64,000 bases of DNA from an uncultured Lachnospiraceae bacterium (GTDB lineage: Bacteria; Bacillota; Clostridia; Lachnospirales; Lachnospiraceae). This document shows positions 20,179 through 29,050 of the stretch, piece by piece. The stretch covers positions 22,583 through 86,582 of the forward strand of contig CAMWKB010000001.1 in assembly GCA_947174705.1 (NCBI GenBank), in the 5' to 3' direction. The notes under the pieces were generated by a model. The model was not told the origin of the DNA. It made no database searches and saw only the letters and a program-made list of their open reading frames with translations. The number at the start of each line of letters is the position of its first letter. Within the stretch, counting starts at the first letter, position 1. The translations under genes were made by a program, and so were the position numbers.

Positions 20179-22098
20179 CTAATTCCCACAATACGCCTTA
20201 TACCACTGCTGGAATACAAAAAACGACCACGCCAGCTTGGAATAATTTGCTCCTGTAGCCGGACCTGCGTCTCCTGTTTTTATATAAGAACCTATCATAT
20301 CCGAAACATAACCTGCATCAAAAATCCCCTGCTTGTCCAAGTAATCATAACTACTGTAATTTAATAACTGTTCCTTTAGCGGTCCACGCAGCCACTTATC
20401 CAGAGGAACCCCAAAACCAACCTTGGGCCTTTCCAATAACTCCTTGGGGATATAATCATAGGCAATATCTTTTAATATATGTTTCTTATCTCCGTCTTTA
20501 TATTTAAATCCATGCGGAATACGGTATGAGAATTCCATAACATCCTTGTCAAGAATCGGACACCTCGATTCGAGTGAGTATTTCATTGACGCCCTGTCTA
20601 CCTTGCAAAGAATATCTCCCGGCAGATAGGTGTCCATATCCAAAAGCATCCTGCGAATCTGCCAGTCTTTTACACCATATTTACTCTCAATCTGATAGTG
20701 TACAGGCACCGGTGCATCTACCCCGGCTAAATTATTATTATCTGTATCGCTTTTCTTCACCATTGCCATCGCTTTTACGATATAATTTCCCGCCCCAAAC
20801 TGTGTCTGTGTCTCTTTATTGCGGTTCCCTGCAATTACACGTACCTTAAACGGAAGCCGCTCCTCCATTCTAAGCTGCTTCAATATCGGGAAATGACAAA
20901 CATCATATACCATTGCACCAAGCATATCAAGTTTCTGCGCCTGTCTGACATTTTCATACACATTATATCCGCAGAAAAATTCATCTCCGCCGTCTCCGGA
21001 CAGTGCTACCGTAACATGTTTTCGTGCCAGACCGGATACAAGCATTGTCGCAATCTGCGAACTGTCTGCAAAAGGCTCATCATAATACTTAGGTATGCTG
21101 TCCACCAAATCAAACATTTCTTTTTCGTCAATATACAATTCCGTATGGTTCGTGCCAAGATAATCTGCAACTGCTTTGGCATATTTTGCCTCATTATACT
21201 TTTCTTCGTGAAATCCTATTGAAAAGGTTTTTACCGGCATATCAGAGTGTTCCTGCGCGATTGCCGTAACCAGTGAAGAATCATATCCCCCGCTCAAAAA
21301 AGCGCCTAAGGGCACATCCGAAATCATACGTGCTGACACCGATTTTTTCAACAGCTCCTTCAATCCCTCTTTTGCCTCTTCATAGCTATTTATAGGGTTA
21401 GAAACCTGAGCCTGATAAACCTGCTTTATATCCCAATACTTCCATGTAGAAATTTCGCCCGCCTTAAAGCGCAGAATTGCTCCCGGTTCCAGCTTGTATA
21501 CATTTTTAAAAATCGTATCCGGCGCGTTTATATACTGCTGATACAAGTAGCGTGATAATACCCCGCGTCTGATTTCTTTTGGGAATCCCGGAAAGGCCAT
21601 AATCGGTTTTAGCTCGGAAGCAAAGACTATGCCATCATTCTGCTGCCAATAATAAAGGGGCTTTTTTCCGATTCTGTCCCTAACCAGATATATTTCATCA
21701 CTTTTTCTGTCATAGATGGCAATAGCAAACATACCGTTAAATTTATGCACACATTCTATTCCCCATTTTAGATATGCCGCAATTATCACTTCCGTATCGC
21801 AGTTAGAATAAAAACGATAATCCGACAATTCTTGTTTCAATTCCTGAAAATTATAAATCTCTCCGTTATAGACAACCGATACTCTTTTGTTTGCGGAATG
21901 CATAGGCTGGTGCCCAAGCGCGGATAAATCCAAAATAGACAGCCTTCTCTGCGCAAAACCCACGCTATAGCCGCCATGCATGTCATAGATTTCTTCCCCA
22001 CTGTCATCCGGTCCTCTATGGTACATCGTGTCATTCATTACCTTTAACTGCTCCAATGTAATATTCTTTTTACTGACATAACCACAGATACCGCACAT
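20179..22098 (-). CDS. asnB: Glutamine-dependent amidotransferase, AsnB family (second paralog)
   Basis: MCGI, HRGPDD, NGEIYN, LSGGYDSS, SGDGGDE, KVDRASM. Confidence 0.92.
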   Translation of the reverse strand: MCGICGYVSKKNITLEQLKVMNDTMYHRGPDDSGEEIYDMHGGYSVGFAQRRLSILDLSALGHQPMHSANKRVSVVYNGEIYNFQELKQELSDYRFYSNCDTEVIIAAYLKWGIECVHKFNGMFAIAIYDRKSDEIYLVRDRIGKKPLYYWQQNDGIVFASELKPIMAFPGFPKEIRRGVLSRYLYQQYINAPDTIFKNVYKLEPGAILRFKAGEISTWKYWDIKQVYQAQVSNPINSYEEAKEGLKELLKKSVSARMISDVPLGAFLSGGYDSSLVTAIAQEHSDMPVKTFSIGFHEEKYNEAKYAKAVADYLGTNHTELYIDEKEMFDLVDSIPKYYDEPFADSSQIATMLVSGLARKHVTVALSGDGGDEFFCGYNVYENVRQAQKLDMLGAMVYDVCHFPILKQLRMEERLPFKVRVIAGNRNKETQTQFGAGNYIVKAMAMVKKSDTDNNNLAGVDAPVPVHYQIESKYGVKDWQIRRMLLDMDTYLPGDILCKVDRASMKYSLESRCPILDKDVMEFSYRIPHGFKYKDGDKKHILKDIAYDYIPKELLERPKVGFGVPLDKWLRGPLKEQLLNYSSYDYLDKQGIFDAGYVSDMIGSYIKTGDAGPATGANYSKLAWSFFVFQQWYKAYCGN

Positions 22099-22185
22099 AA
22101 TTTTCTCTCCATAATATCTTCAGATAATTAGTATTCATAACTGATAAATAGTATTTACGACTTATAAGTCTTATTGAATATTAAG

Positions 22186-22230
22186 CAAAAGACCCAACAT
22201 GTTTCGCATCATTGAGAGACGTGTTGGGTT
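22186..22230 (-). terminator. Putative intrinsic terminator after the GyrI-like gene
   Basis: ACCCAACATGTTTC...GAGACGTGTTGGGT imperfect inverted repeat, followed by a short U run on the minus strand. Confidence 0.5.
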
Positions 22231-22281
22231 CTATTAAGTATAATTATATGTAATTTTACCCCCGGTAGTCAACCTATTTTG

Positions 22282-22914
22282 TCATTTTCTTTTCACCGGA
22301 TGTCTTATCACAGTTTTCAGTCTTTCAGGGGCTACTCTTCTGGCATCGCTTAAATAAATCTCATGATGCAGCCTTGTATCCGTAATATCCAGCTCATAGC
22401 CTTTATCTGTCATAAAATCATGCATCAATTTGATTGTCACAGGCTCATCGTCATAAGAGCCGATATGCATACATTGGACGCACAAGCCCTCGTTATACGT
22501 AAGGAACTCTACTTTTGAAAAATCTTCTTTCTTTTTCCTTGACGCTTCCTCTATCGCCCAGTCAAAATCCTCCTTTGTCACAAAGTCCGGCAGTCTTATA
22601 AGAGAAATAAAATTAAAATCTTCTTTATGCGAATAATCAATCCCCACGCTGTTCTCCTGCCACCAAAACCCCTCAAGCGGCGGTACAACATAGTCAAAAT
22701 ATCCTTCGATTTGATGACTGCCTTTTTTACTCATTTTAATCGTAAAGGCAATGGCATAAAGCAAGCCTATAGACTGCTTGTACTCGCTTCCTTCCACATT
22801 AGGATCTCCCTTGCCACGCACCGCAATATAATTAATAGGCGGCACCTCTACTATGCCGGGCTTATTTTTCGGCATGTAGAATTCTTTGTACTCTTTTTTG
22901 TAGTCAAACGCCAT
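22282..22914 (-). CDS. GyrI-like small-molecule-binding protein, Lin2189/cyclopropanoid-hydrolase-like
   Basis: DYKKEYKEFY.P, GKGDPN, LYAIAFTIKMS, VVPPLEGFWW, EGLCVQCMHIGSYDDE, HHEIYLSD. Confidence 0.85.
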   Translation of the reverse strand: MAFDYKKEYKEFYMPKNKPGIVEVPPINYIAVRGKGDPNVEGSEYKQSIGLLYAIAFTIKMSKKGSHQIEGYFDYVVPPLEGFWWQENSVGIDYSHKEDFNFISLIRLPDFVTKEDFDWAIEEASRKKKEDFSKVEFLTYNEGLCVQCMHIGSYDDEPVTIKLMHDFMTDKGYELDITDTRLHHEIYLSDARRVAPERLKTVIRHPVKRK

Positions 22915-22947
22915 ATCTTATTTGCCCCCTCTCCTGTTTACACGTCC

Positions 22948-23592
22948 TTATCTCAATCTGCTTACCCGCTCCTCTATACTTTTTTCAAACTCTTCATCTG
23001 AATAAGAAGGGTCTTTCGTTTTTCTCCAGATATCACACGGAACACTGTCGCAGGCACCGCATCCTTTAAACTTTTTCTGATTGACGGAACATTCATAAAT
23101 TGGACACGCTTGTCCTTCAGGCGCATGAAAAACCTTTCCCAAGCTCTCATTACATCCTTTGCACATATTTCCATAACATTTACACGTTGAACATTCCGTA
23201 CCGCAGCAGCTAAGTGTACCTACCGTGGTTGTGCTGCTTAATATTTCCTGCTGTTTTTTCTTACTAAAGCCACCAAGCACCAATTGATACGATTTATCCA
23301 ACAAATCTTTTAACAGATCGTCCGGCACTGCTCCATCCGGATTAACAGAATTCCAATGCACTTTATTCATATAATATCCGGGAATAATATCCTCATACTG
23401 CGTCCTTAAAAATTCACCTTCCGCCGGTTCCAACTTTAATGTAATATATTTTGGCTCATTATTCCCACTTAAACAAACCGCAGCAAACATCTTCCCTCCA
23501 ATCTGATAGCGAATCCAGTTCCAATCCGCCTGAAGGTCTTTGGTTACCCCTGCCTTACTTAATAAATATTCATCAATCCATTCATATCTCAT
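22948..23592 (-). CDS. MmcQ/YjbR-family DNA-binding protein fused to a Cys-rich DUF3795-like domain
   Basis: GGKMFA, ITLK, PGYYMNKVHWNSV, SYQLV; C-terminal CCG..C..C...CKGC...CPIYEC...CGAC...PC. Confidence 0.82.
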   Translation of the reverse strand: MRYEWIDEYLLSKAGVTKDLQADWNWIRYQIGGKMFAAVCLSGNNEPKYITLKLEPAEGEFLRTQYEDIIPGYYMNKVHWNSVNPDGAVPDDLLKDLLDKSYQLVLGGFSKKKQQEILSSTTTVGTLSCCGTECSTCKCYGNMCKGCNESLGKVFHAPEGQACPIYECSVNQKKFKGCGACDSVPCDIWRKTKDPSYSDEEFEKSIEERVSRLR

Positions 23593-23646
23593 ATGCGCTT
23601 TCTCCTTTTTGATATAAAAACAATTAATCTAGTGCAAAATATTTTC

Positions 23647-24567
23647 CTAACTTCGTGCCTCTGAACCATACTTCCTTCTCATATTTTCAATGTTTTCAAT
23701 TATCTCCGCCCGTATTTCCTCCGGTTCCAACAATTCCACCTTATCACGAAAAGACATAAGCCACGTAACCAGGTTTTCCTTATTTGTATAATCCGCCTGA
23801 AATAAAAGTTTTCCGTCTTCCTGTATCTTAAAGCTGCCGCTTCCAAACTCTTCTACCAGTCTCCATTTACATTCCGGATCAAAAAGAGCTTTTACCTGAA
23901 TCCCGCCGGAAAATATCATTTCATTACTTAAGTCCGGTATCGTTGTCTGCCTTTTTACAAACGCCAGTTCTGACATCTTAAGTTTATCCATGCGGTTTAA
24001 TTTGAACAACCGAAAATCACTCCGTGTTTTACACCATCCCCAGACATACCAGCTAGACCATCTGAATATCAGATAGTATGGCTCTATACAGCGAATTGAC
24101 TCACCCTTTGGGGAGTAATATATAAATTCCAGTTCTCTGCATCTGTCAATAGAGTCACGTATGATCTCTATTTTAGGGGCAAGGGAATTTTTATACCATG
24201 ATGATAGATCGATCAGCACAGACTGATTTCCAACCATAAAATCAGAAGAACCAATCGATAATTTTTCCATCAGTTTACTATAACGGTTGGTTCCGTTCAC
24301 ACTATCCAGACTTCGCAGTCCGGCGAGTATATCCTGAATTTCCGCATTAGTAAACAGCGTTCTATCCATTTTATAGTTCTCCATAATAGAGATTCCGCCA
24401 TTCACTCCTTGTTTTGTCATAATGGGAATTCCTGCTTTACACAAATCTTCAACATCTCTATTAATTGTTCGTCTGGACACTTCAAACTGCTCTGCCAGAT
24501 AAGGCGCTGTGACAGTATCCTTTTGCAGTAATATTGATAGAATTCCAATCTGCCTGTCTATTTTCAT
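23647..24567 (-). CDS. YafY-family HTH-WYL-WCX transcriptional regulator
   Basis: LAEQFEVSRRTINRD wHTH, GVNGG wing, IEPYYL...SWYVWGWC..R.DFRLFKLNRM. Start at ATG 24567 (AAGGGAG RBS). Confidence 0.9.
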   Translation of the reverse strand: MKIDRQIGILSILLQKDTVTAPYLAEQFEVSRRTINRDVEDLCKAGIPIMTKQGVNGGISIMENYKMDRTLFTNAEIQDILAGLRSLDSVNGTNRYSKLMEKLSIGSSDFMVGNQSVLIDLSSWYKNSLAPKIEIIRDSIDRCRELEFIYYSPKGESIRCIEPYYLIFRWSSWYVWGWCKTRSDFRLFKLNRMDKLKMSELAFVKRQTTIPDLSNEMIFSGGIQVKALFDPECKWRLVEEFGSGSFKIQEDGKLLFQADYTNKENLVTWLMSFRDKVELLEPEEIRAEIIENIENMRRKYGSEARS

Positions 24568-24602
24568 GTCTGCTCCCTTGATATTTAATATTATAATGAA
24601 CA

Positions 24603-24628
24603 AAACACGACATCTGTATGTCGTGTTT
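24603..24628. promoter_or_regulatory. Perfect 11-4-11 palindrome AAACACGACAT-ctgt-ATGTCGTGTTT; probable operator of the WYL regulator
   Basis: GACA-N6-TGTC core about 35 bp upstream of the WYL gene, flanked by minus-strand TATAAT hexamers. Confidence 0.7.
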
Positions 24629-24688
24629 ATATTATAATCTATTTAAATTATATTTTCTATAACTTCATAATACTTTATTTCCAAGTGC

Positions 24689-25432
24689 TTATTCCCATTT
24701 AAAGCACTTTACAGAGATACCAAAACAGATGAGTGTAACGGCAATCATAATAGTAACCGGAAGCAACGCATTTTCAATCGGCAATCCAAGAAATACCGCT
24801 TTCATTAACTGAATACCCTGTGTCAACGGAAAGATACTTATAATCTTCTGCATGGCAACAGGCATAACCTCATAGGGAAGTGTCGCACCTGAAAATATCA
24901 GCATAGGAAAGTACAAGATACAGGCAATCACGCTCGCGCTTTTCATATTCTTAGCAATTCCCCCGACCAGCAATCCAATACTCAAAGTCGATACCATAGT
25001 CAAAAGCCAGCTTCCCAAAAATAACAGGAAAGAACCATGTATTTTTATTTTCCAAAACAGCATGGCGGCAGTAAACAGGGTAAACATTGACACTACGCAA
25101 TAGATAACGTAAATCAGAAATTCTACCAAAAGTAATTTTGCCGGACTTACAGGAGTAACTTTAAGACGCTTCAAAATTTTTCGTTCCCGATATTCTGATA
25201 CAACAAGGGGTAACCCCATTAGACCGCCTGCACAAATAGAAATACAGCATAGTGCGCCAAAGGACTGTTCCATAAAAGTGTATGACACCCCGTCTGCCGC
25301 GGGTTTCGTTCCATAAATGAAGCCAAGAACAATCAATACAAGCAATGGCATAATGACAGCAAAAATAACCATATTCATATTTCTAATGTTTAATTTTAAT
25401 TCGTTTTTCAAAAGTATTCCAAATGATTTCAT
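24689..25432 (-). CDS. ABC-2 type exporter permease
   Basis: Six TM segments; EYRERKILKRLKVTP, FSGATLP, PLT. Confidence 0.88.
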   Translation of the reverse strand: MKSFGILLKNELKLNIRNMNMVIFAVIMPLLVLIVLGFIYGTKPAADGVSYTFMEQSFGALCCISICAGGLMGLPLVVSEYRERKILKRLKVTPVSPAKLLLVEFLIYVIYCVVSMFTLFTAAMLFWKIKIHGSFLLFLGSWLLTMVSTLSIGLLVGGIAKNMKSASVIACILYFPMLIFSGATLPYEVMPVAMQKIISIFPLTQGIQLMKAVFLGLPIENALLPVTIMIAVTLICFGISVKCFKWE

Positions 25433-26154
25433 TCTTTCTCTACCTCCTCGCCGGAAAGCATAAGATAAGCGTCCTCAAAGTTTTCGTAGCCACTTGCTTT
25501 TTTTGCCTGTTCAACGGTTCCGAAAAATACGGCTTTCCCATTTCTCAAAATGCATATCTCGTCACATAGAGCTTCCACTTCGTCCATAAAATGAGAAGTC
25601 AGAAAAATAGTTAATCCCTTACTTTTTAATTCAGATAATATTTTCCAAACATCACGACGGGCTTTTGCGTCAAGCCCGGTAGTCAATTCATCAAGAAATA
25701 CCAGTTCCGGATTCGGAATTAAGGCAAGTACGATAAATAAGCGTTGACGTTCACCGCCGGACAAACTCTTTACTGCATGATCAATCTTATTACCTATTCC
25801 AAATTGCTCACAAAGTTTTTTCCAGTCGGCAGGTGCTTCATAAAGGCAAGCAGATTCTTCACATAGTTCTGAAACTTTGATTTCCGGCTGATAATCGCCC
25901 TCTTGAAACTGAACGCCCACATTCTGAAACAGGCGGCGTCTATCCTTTTTAGAATTATAGCCCAAGACCGATACTGTACCGCTGTCAGGATCTTTTGTAC
26001 CTAAAATACATTCAATCATCGTGCTTTTCCCCGCTCCGTTTGCGCCAAGAAGCCCATAAACGCTTCCACATTTTACTGATAGACTGATTTTGTCTACCGC
26101 AAGCAGATTGCCATAGGATTTTGACAACTGCTCCACATTGATTACAGTCTGCAT
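25429..26154 (-). CDS. ABC exporter ATP-binding subunit (DrrA-like)
   Basis: GANGAGKST, LSGGERQR, LDELTTGLD, TSHFMDE; overlaps the permease start. Confidence 0.92.
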   Translation of the reverse strand: MQTVINVEQLSKSYGNLLAVDKISLSVKCGSVYGLLGANGAGKSTMIECILGTKDPDSGTVSVLGYNSKKDRRRLFQNVGVQFQEGDYQPEIKVSELCEESACLYEAPADWKKLCEQFGIGNKIDHAVKSLSGGERQRLFIVLALIPNPELVFLDELTTGLDAKARRDVWKILSELKSKGLTIFLTSHFMDEVEALCDEICILRNGKAVFFGTVEQAKKASGYENFEDAYLMLSGEEVEKE

Positions 26155-26185
26155 AATAAGTCCTCCTTTTGATTTTAGTAAAATA

Positions 26186-26216
26186 AGAATACCACCAATG
26201 AAAACATTGGTGGCAA
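26186..26216 (-). promoter_or_regulatory. MerR-type promoter: TTGCCA-19 bp-TATTCT with dyad CCACCAATG-aaaa-CATTGGTGG
   Basis: -35 at 26216-26211, -10 at 26191-26186. The overlong 19-bp spacer is filled by a perfect 9-4-9 palindrome (26192-26213), which is the established MerR architecture. Confidence 0.8.
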
Positions 26217-26226
26217 AGTGTAGGGT

Positions 26227-26970
26227 TTATGAAAATTGGAGTTTCATATCATGCAGCATATCCAAAATGGTAACTGCATTTTTTTCCGCCGCTGATAGTG
26301 AAACGATCAGTCTGTCGCAGACAGAAATAATATTATCGCTTGGTTTTGGTGTGTTTAGTGTAGCACGGATATCTGTATCAGGATTTTGGGATAGCTGTTG
26401 CAAAAGCCGCAGGATTGCTTCTAAGGAATAATTAGCACACCTTAATGAGCGGATGATTTTTAGCCGTTGTATATCTTCATCTGTATAGATACGATATCCG
26501 TTATCTTTTCTTTTTACCGTAATTAAACCGTTCATTTCCCAATTTCGGAGAGTGTCCATAGAAATATCAAGCAATTCTGATACCTCTTTTCTTTTCAAAC
26601 CTTTAGAGTTTTCTCCAATGCCGCCGGATAAAATCTGCTTCACAATTTCAATGGCTTCTTCTGCGTTTCGGCGTTCCCGCCTGATTTGCTCCAAATAGTT
26701 CTCCGTAAGCGCAACAGCGCTATCAAAATCTCCCGTTGCTGACACCGTAATCATCTGTACGATTTTCTTCCTTAGTCCGTTCTGCAAGACCTCTACTTGA
26801 AATGCAAGACGTATCAGCTTACATTGCTTTATATGAAATTCTGTAAATACACGATAACCATTCGGCAGTCGTTCCGGCTTAGGTATCAGTTTCAGTTTTT
26901 CATATAGTCGTACTGTGTTTGGGTGTATTCCGATGATTGCGGCGACTTCTGCAGTTTTGTATGTGTTCAT
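26227..26970 (-). CDS. MerR-family regulator with two tandem MerR HTH domains
   Basis: EVAAIIGIHPNTVRLYE...NGYRVF and EVSELLDISMDTLRNWE...NGYRIY. Confidence 0.9.
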   Translation of the reverse strand: MNTYKTAEVAAIIGIHPNTVRLYEKLKLIPKPERLPNGYRVFTEFHIKQCKLIRLAFQVEVLQNGLRKKIVQMITVSATGDFDSAVALTENYLEQIRRERRNAEEAIEIVKQILSGGIGENSKGLKRKEVSELLDISMDTLRNWEMNGLITVKRKDNGYRIYTDEDIQRLKIIRSLRCANYSLEAILRLLQQLSQNPDTDIRATLNTPKPSDNIISVCDRLIVSLSAAEKNAVTILDMLHDMKLQFS

Positions 26971-27071
26971 TGTTTTCCGCCTCCATTCTTCCCCAATATA
27001 CCATAGCCAAAAAGTCTGGTGTTATAATGTAGAGTTCTGCTTTATCGTAAATAAAATTTGCAAAATTGGAC

Positions 27072-27102
27072 AAAAACGGCATAGCCCGCAAGCTATGCCG
27101 TT
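27072..27102 (-). terminator. Intrinsic terminator
   Basis: AACGGCATAGC/GCTATGCCGTT 11-bp stem with U tract on the minus strand, 10 bp after the 27112 stop. Confidence 0.85.
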
Positions 27103-27111
27103 ATCAATCCC

Positions 27112-27879
27112 CTACCTCTGATACTTCTCAATAAAATAATCCCTATACTCCCCAAAATCCTTACACTCATTATCAATAGAGTCAATCAGCTCCTTATATT
27201 TCTCCTGCACCAGTGCCCTGTAATTATTGAAATTATTGTAACCTTCCTTACACCATGCAAAAGGATGCGTCAGTATCTGCACCTTATCATACGATGTAAT
27301 GTTTTTTTCATCGGGATAACCATAACGCCAGATATGGTTGGCATCCGACATATACTTTATCTCAACCGGCGTATCTTCCGTAACATTTTCAGCAAAGGTA
27401 AAGAAATCGTCCTGATAGGCGTTGATAATTCCGTCTAACTTTATATTTTCCCGCAGCACGTCCTTTGAAGGCCTGTGTATGGAAAATTCCCTGATTGCAA
27501 AGCCAAACATCTCGCTTAAGATTTCCATTTCTTTTTTAATCCTCTTGCGAATTTCTGACATATCTGTCATTCCGTTCAATGCAAAATGCAGGCCGATATG
27601 CAGGCCTCTCTCATGCATATCTTTAATCATATCCATATTCCTTCTGGACAAAATATTATAGGAATTATTTGTCCACTGGAAAAAATAAGTCGAAACAAAA
27701 TCCATGCTGTTTTCCACTCTGGCAAGTTCATATGCCCGCTCCACGCTGTATTCCACATCATGGCGCATAATAATAAACTTATCCTTTCCAAGCGCCTGGG
27801 CATAATTCATCTGTCTTCCGGTAGACTTTATTATCCTGATTATTTCCCTATAATCCTCATATGAAAACATGCTACTCAT
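27112..27879 (-). CDS. WbmS-like CE4 polysaccharide deacetylase
   Basis: MRHDVE, STYFF, HIGLH, FSIHRP, YMSDAN, QILTHP. Confidence 0.72.
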   Translation of the reverse strand: MSSMFSYEDYREIIRIIKSTGRQMNYAQALGKDKFIIMRHDVEYSVERAYELARVENSMDFVSTYFFQWTNNSYNILSRRNMDMIKDMHERGLHIGLHFALNGMTDMSEIRKRIKKEMEILSEMFGFAIREFSIHRPSKDVLRENIKLDGIINAYQDDFFTFAENVTEDTPVEIKYMSDANHIWRYGYPDEKNITSYDKVQILTHPFAWCKEGYNNFNNYRALVQEKYKELIDSIDNECKDFGEYRDYFIEKYQR

Positions 27880-27905
27880 CCCAGCCTTTCCATAACTTAT
27901 GTTAT

Positions 27906-29033
27906 TTATTCTCCTTTAGGCGCATAATCCTCATTCAGTATGTGCGCTTCAATAGTTTTCTTTGCCTCATCCAAGCCTTCAAGCCACAAATCATACGATT
28001 TATCCCAAGACTTGTATCCACGCTCTCCGCGCTTATCTTTAAATTCATAATTTTCAAGCAGATACTTCTCTAAGAAATCCGTACACTTTTCGGCTCCGAC
28101 CGCATTCGTATGACTGCCGTAGTCCGCATAATCTTCTTCAAACACAATCCCGATTTCATCATAATAATTATTCATGTTGATAAAAGAATATCCGGCGTTA
28201 TTGATAACGTCTGTTATATAATTAAACATCTGCTGTTCTTTAAGAGTCTCATTATAAGGAGAGACAATGAACAGCGCGTTAAGTTCCTTTTCTTTAAGAT
28301 AATTAAGCAGATTTCTAAGGTTCTCCTCCTGTGCTTCGGGAATTGCCGTCTTACCTTCTGCACCACCGGACGGCGGCATTTTTATTGGACCGACTTCATC
28401 TTTTAAATCAAACCCCTTCAATTTGCTGGGCTTATGATATCTCCAGTTTTTAAGTTCAGACGACAGTGTAAGCATGCGCCAGTTGGTATGATAATTAAAT
28501 ATATCAAAATAAAAACTCAATCGGTCTTTCGTTTCCGGCACCAAAGCCTGAATTGCTTTTATACGATTAAACGAATATTTCATATTGTCGGTAACGCCTC
28601 TTGTATATGCCATATTATCCGACAAATCCTCATCATTCATAGTATACATACGCATCTCAAATATATAAAGAGACGGCGACTGTGTCTTTTCAGTCTCCTC
28701 AATCAGATACTTTGCTGCCACCGGCCGCTGCACATTGGATGAAAGCGGATACATCGTAATCCCCGTCTCACCCCACAACTTAGGCGCCGAATAAAAAGGA
28801 AATATCGGACTTGAGCCAATCATAACAATGTCCAACGTCTCATTTTTTTCAGCGTAAAAACCCGAAAACCTGTCTTTTACATCGCCGTTAGTCCTAAGTA
28901 TATAAGTAACCGATACCAGAGCAAACAGAAAGATTCCTATAAATATAACGCTTTTCACAAACTGCCTGATATTCATACTAATATTTGCGCCTTTCCATAC
29001 TTTTTTCACAGATAAATTGGTCATTCTCAACAA
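27906..29033 (-). CDS. Membrane-anchored SGNH-like protein (DltD/AlgJ/PatB-like); alternative start at 28976
   Basis: One N-terminal TM, IGSS (block I Ser) and DYGSHTN (D...H). Confidence 0.62.
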   Translation of the reverse strand: MLRMTNLSVKKVWKGANISMNIRQFVKSVIFIGIFLFALVSVTYILRTNGDVKDRFSGFYAEKNETLDIVMIGSSPIFPFYSAPKLWGETGITMYPLSSNVQRPVAAKYLIEETEKTQSPSLYIFEMRMYTMNDEDLSDNMAYTRGVTDNMKYSFNRIKAIQALVPETKDRLSFYFDIFNYHTNWRMLTLSSELKNWRYHKPSKLKGFDLKDEVGPIKMPPSGGAEGKTAIPEAQEENLRNLLNYLKEKELNALFIVSPYNETLKEQQMFNYITDVINNAGYSFINMNNYYDEIGIVFEEDYADYGSHTNAVGAEKCTDFLEKYLLENYEFKDKRGERGYKSWDKSYDLWLEGLDEAKKTIEAHILNEDYAPKGE

Positions 29034-29050
29034 TCAGCTGACTCCTCTAA

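Noticed and set aside
22282-27070. Prophage, ICE or anti-phage defence island
   Set aside because: No integrase, phage, conjugation or nuclease genes; a WYL regulator alone is not sufficient evidence.
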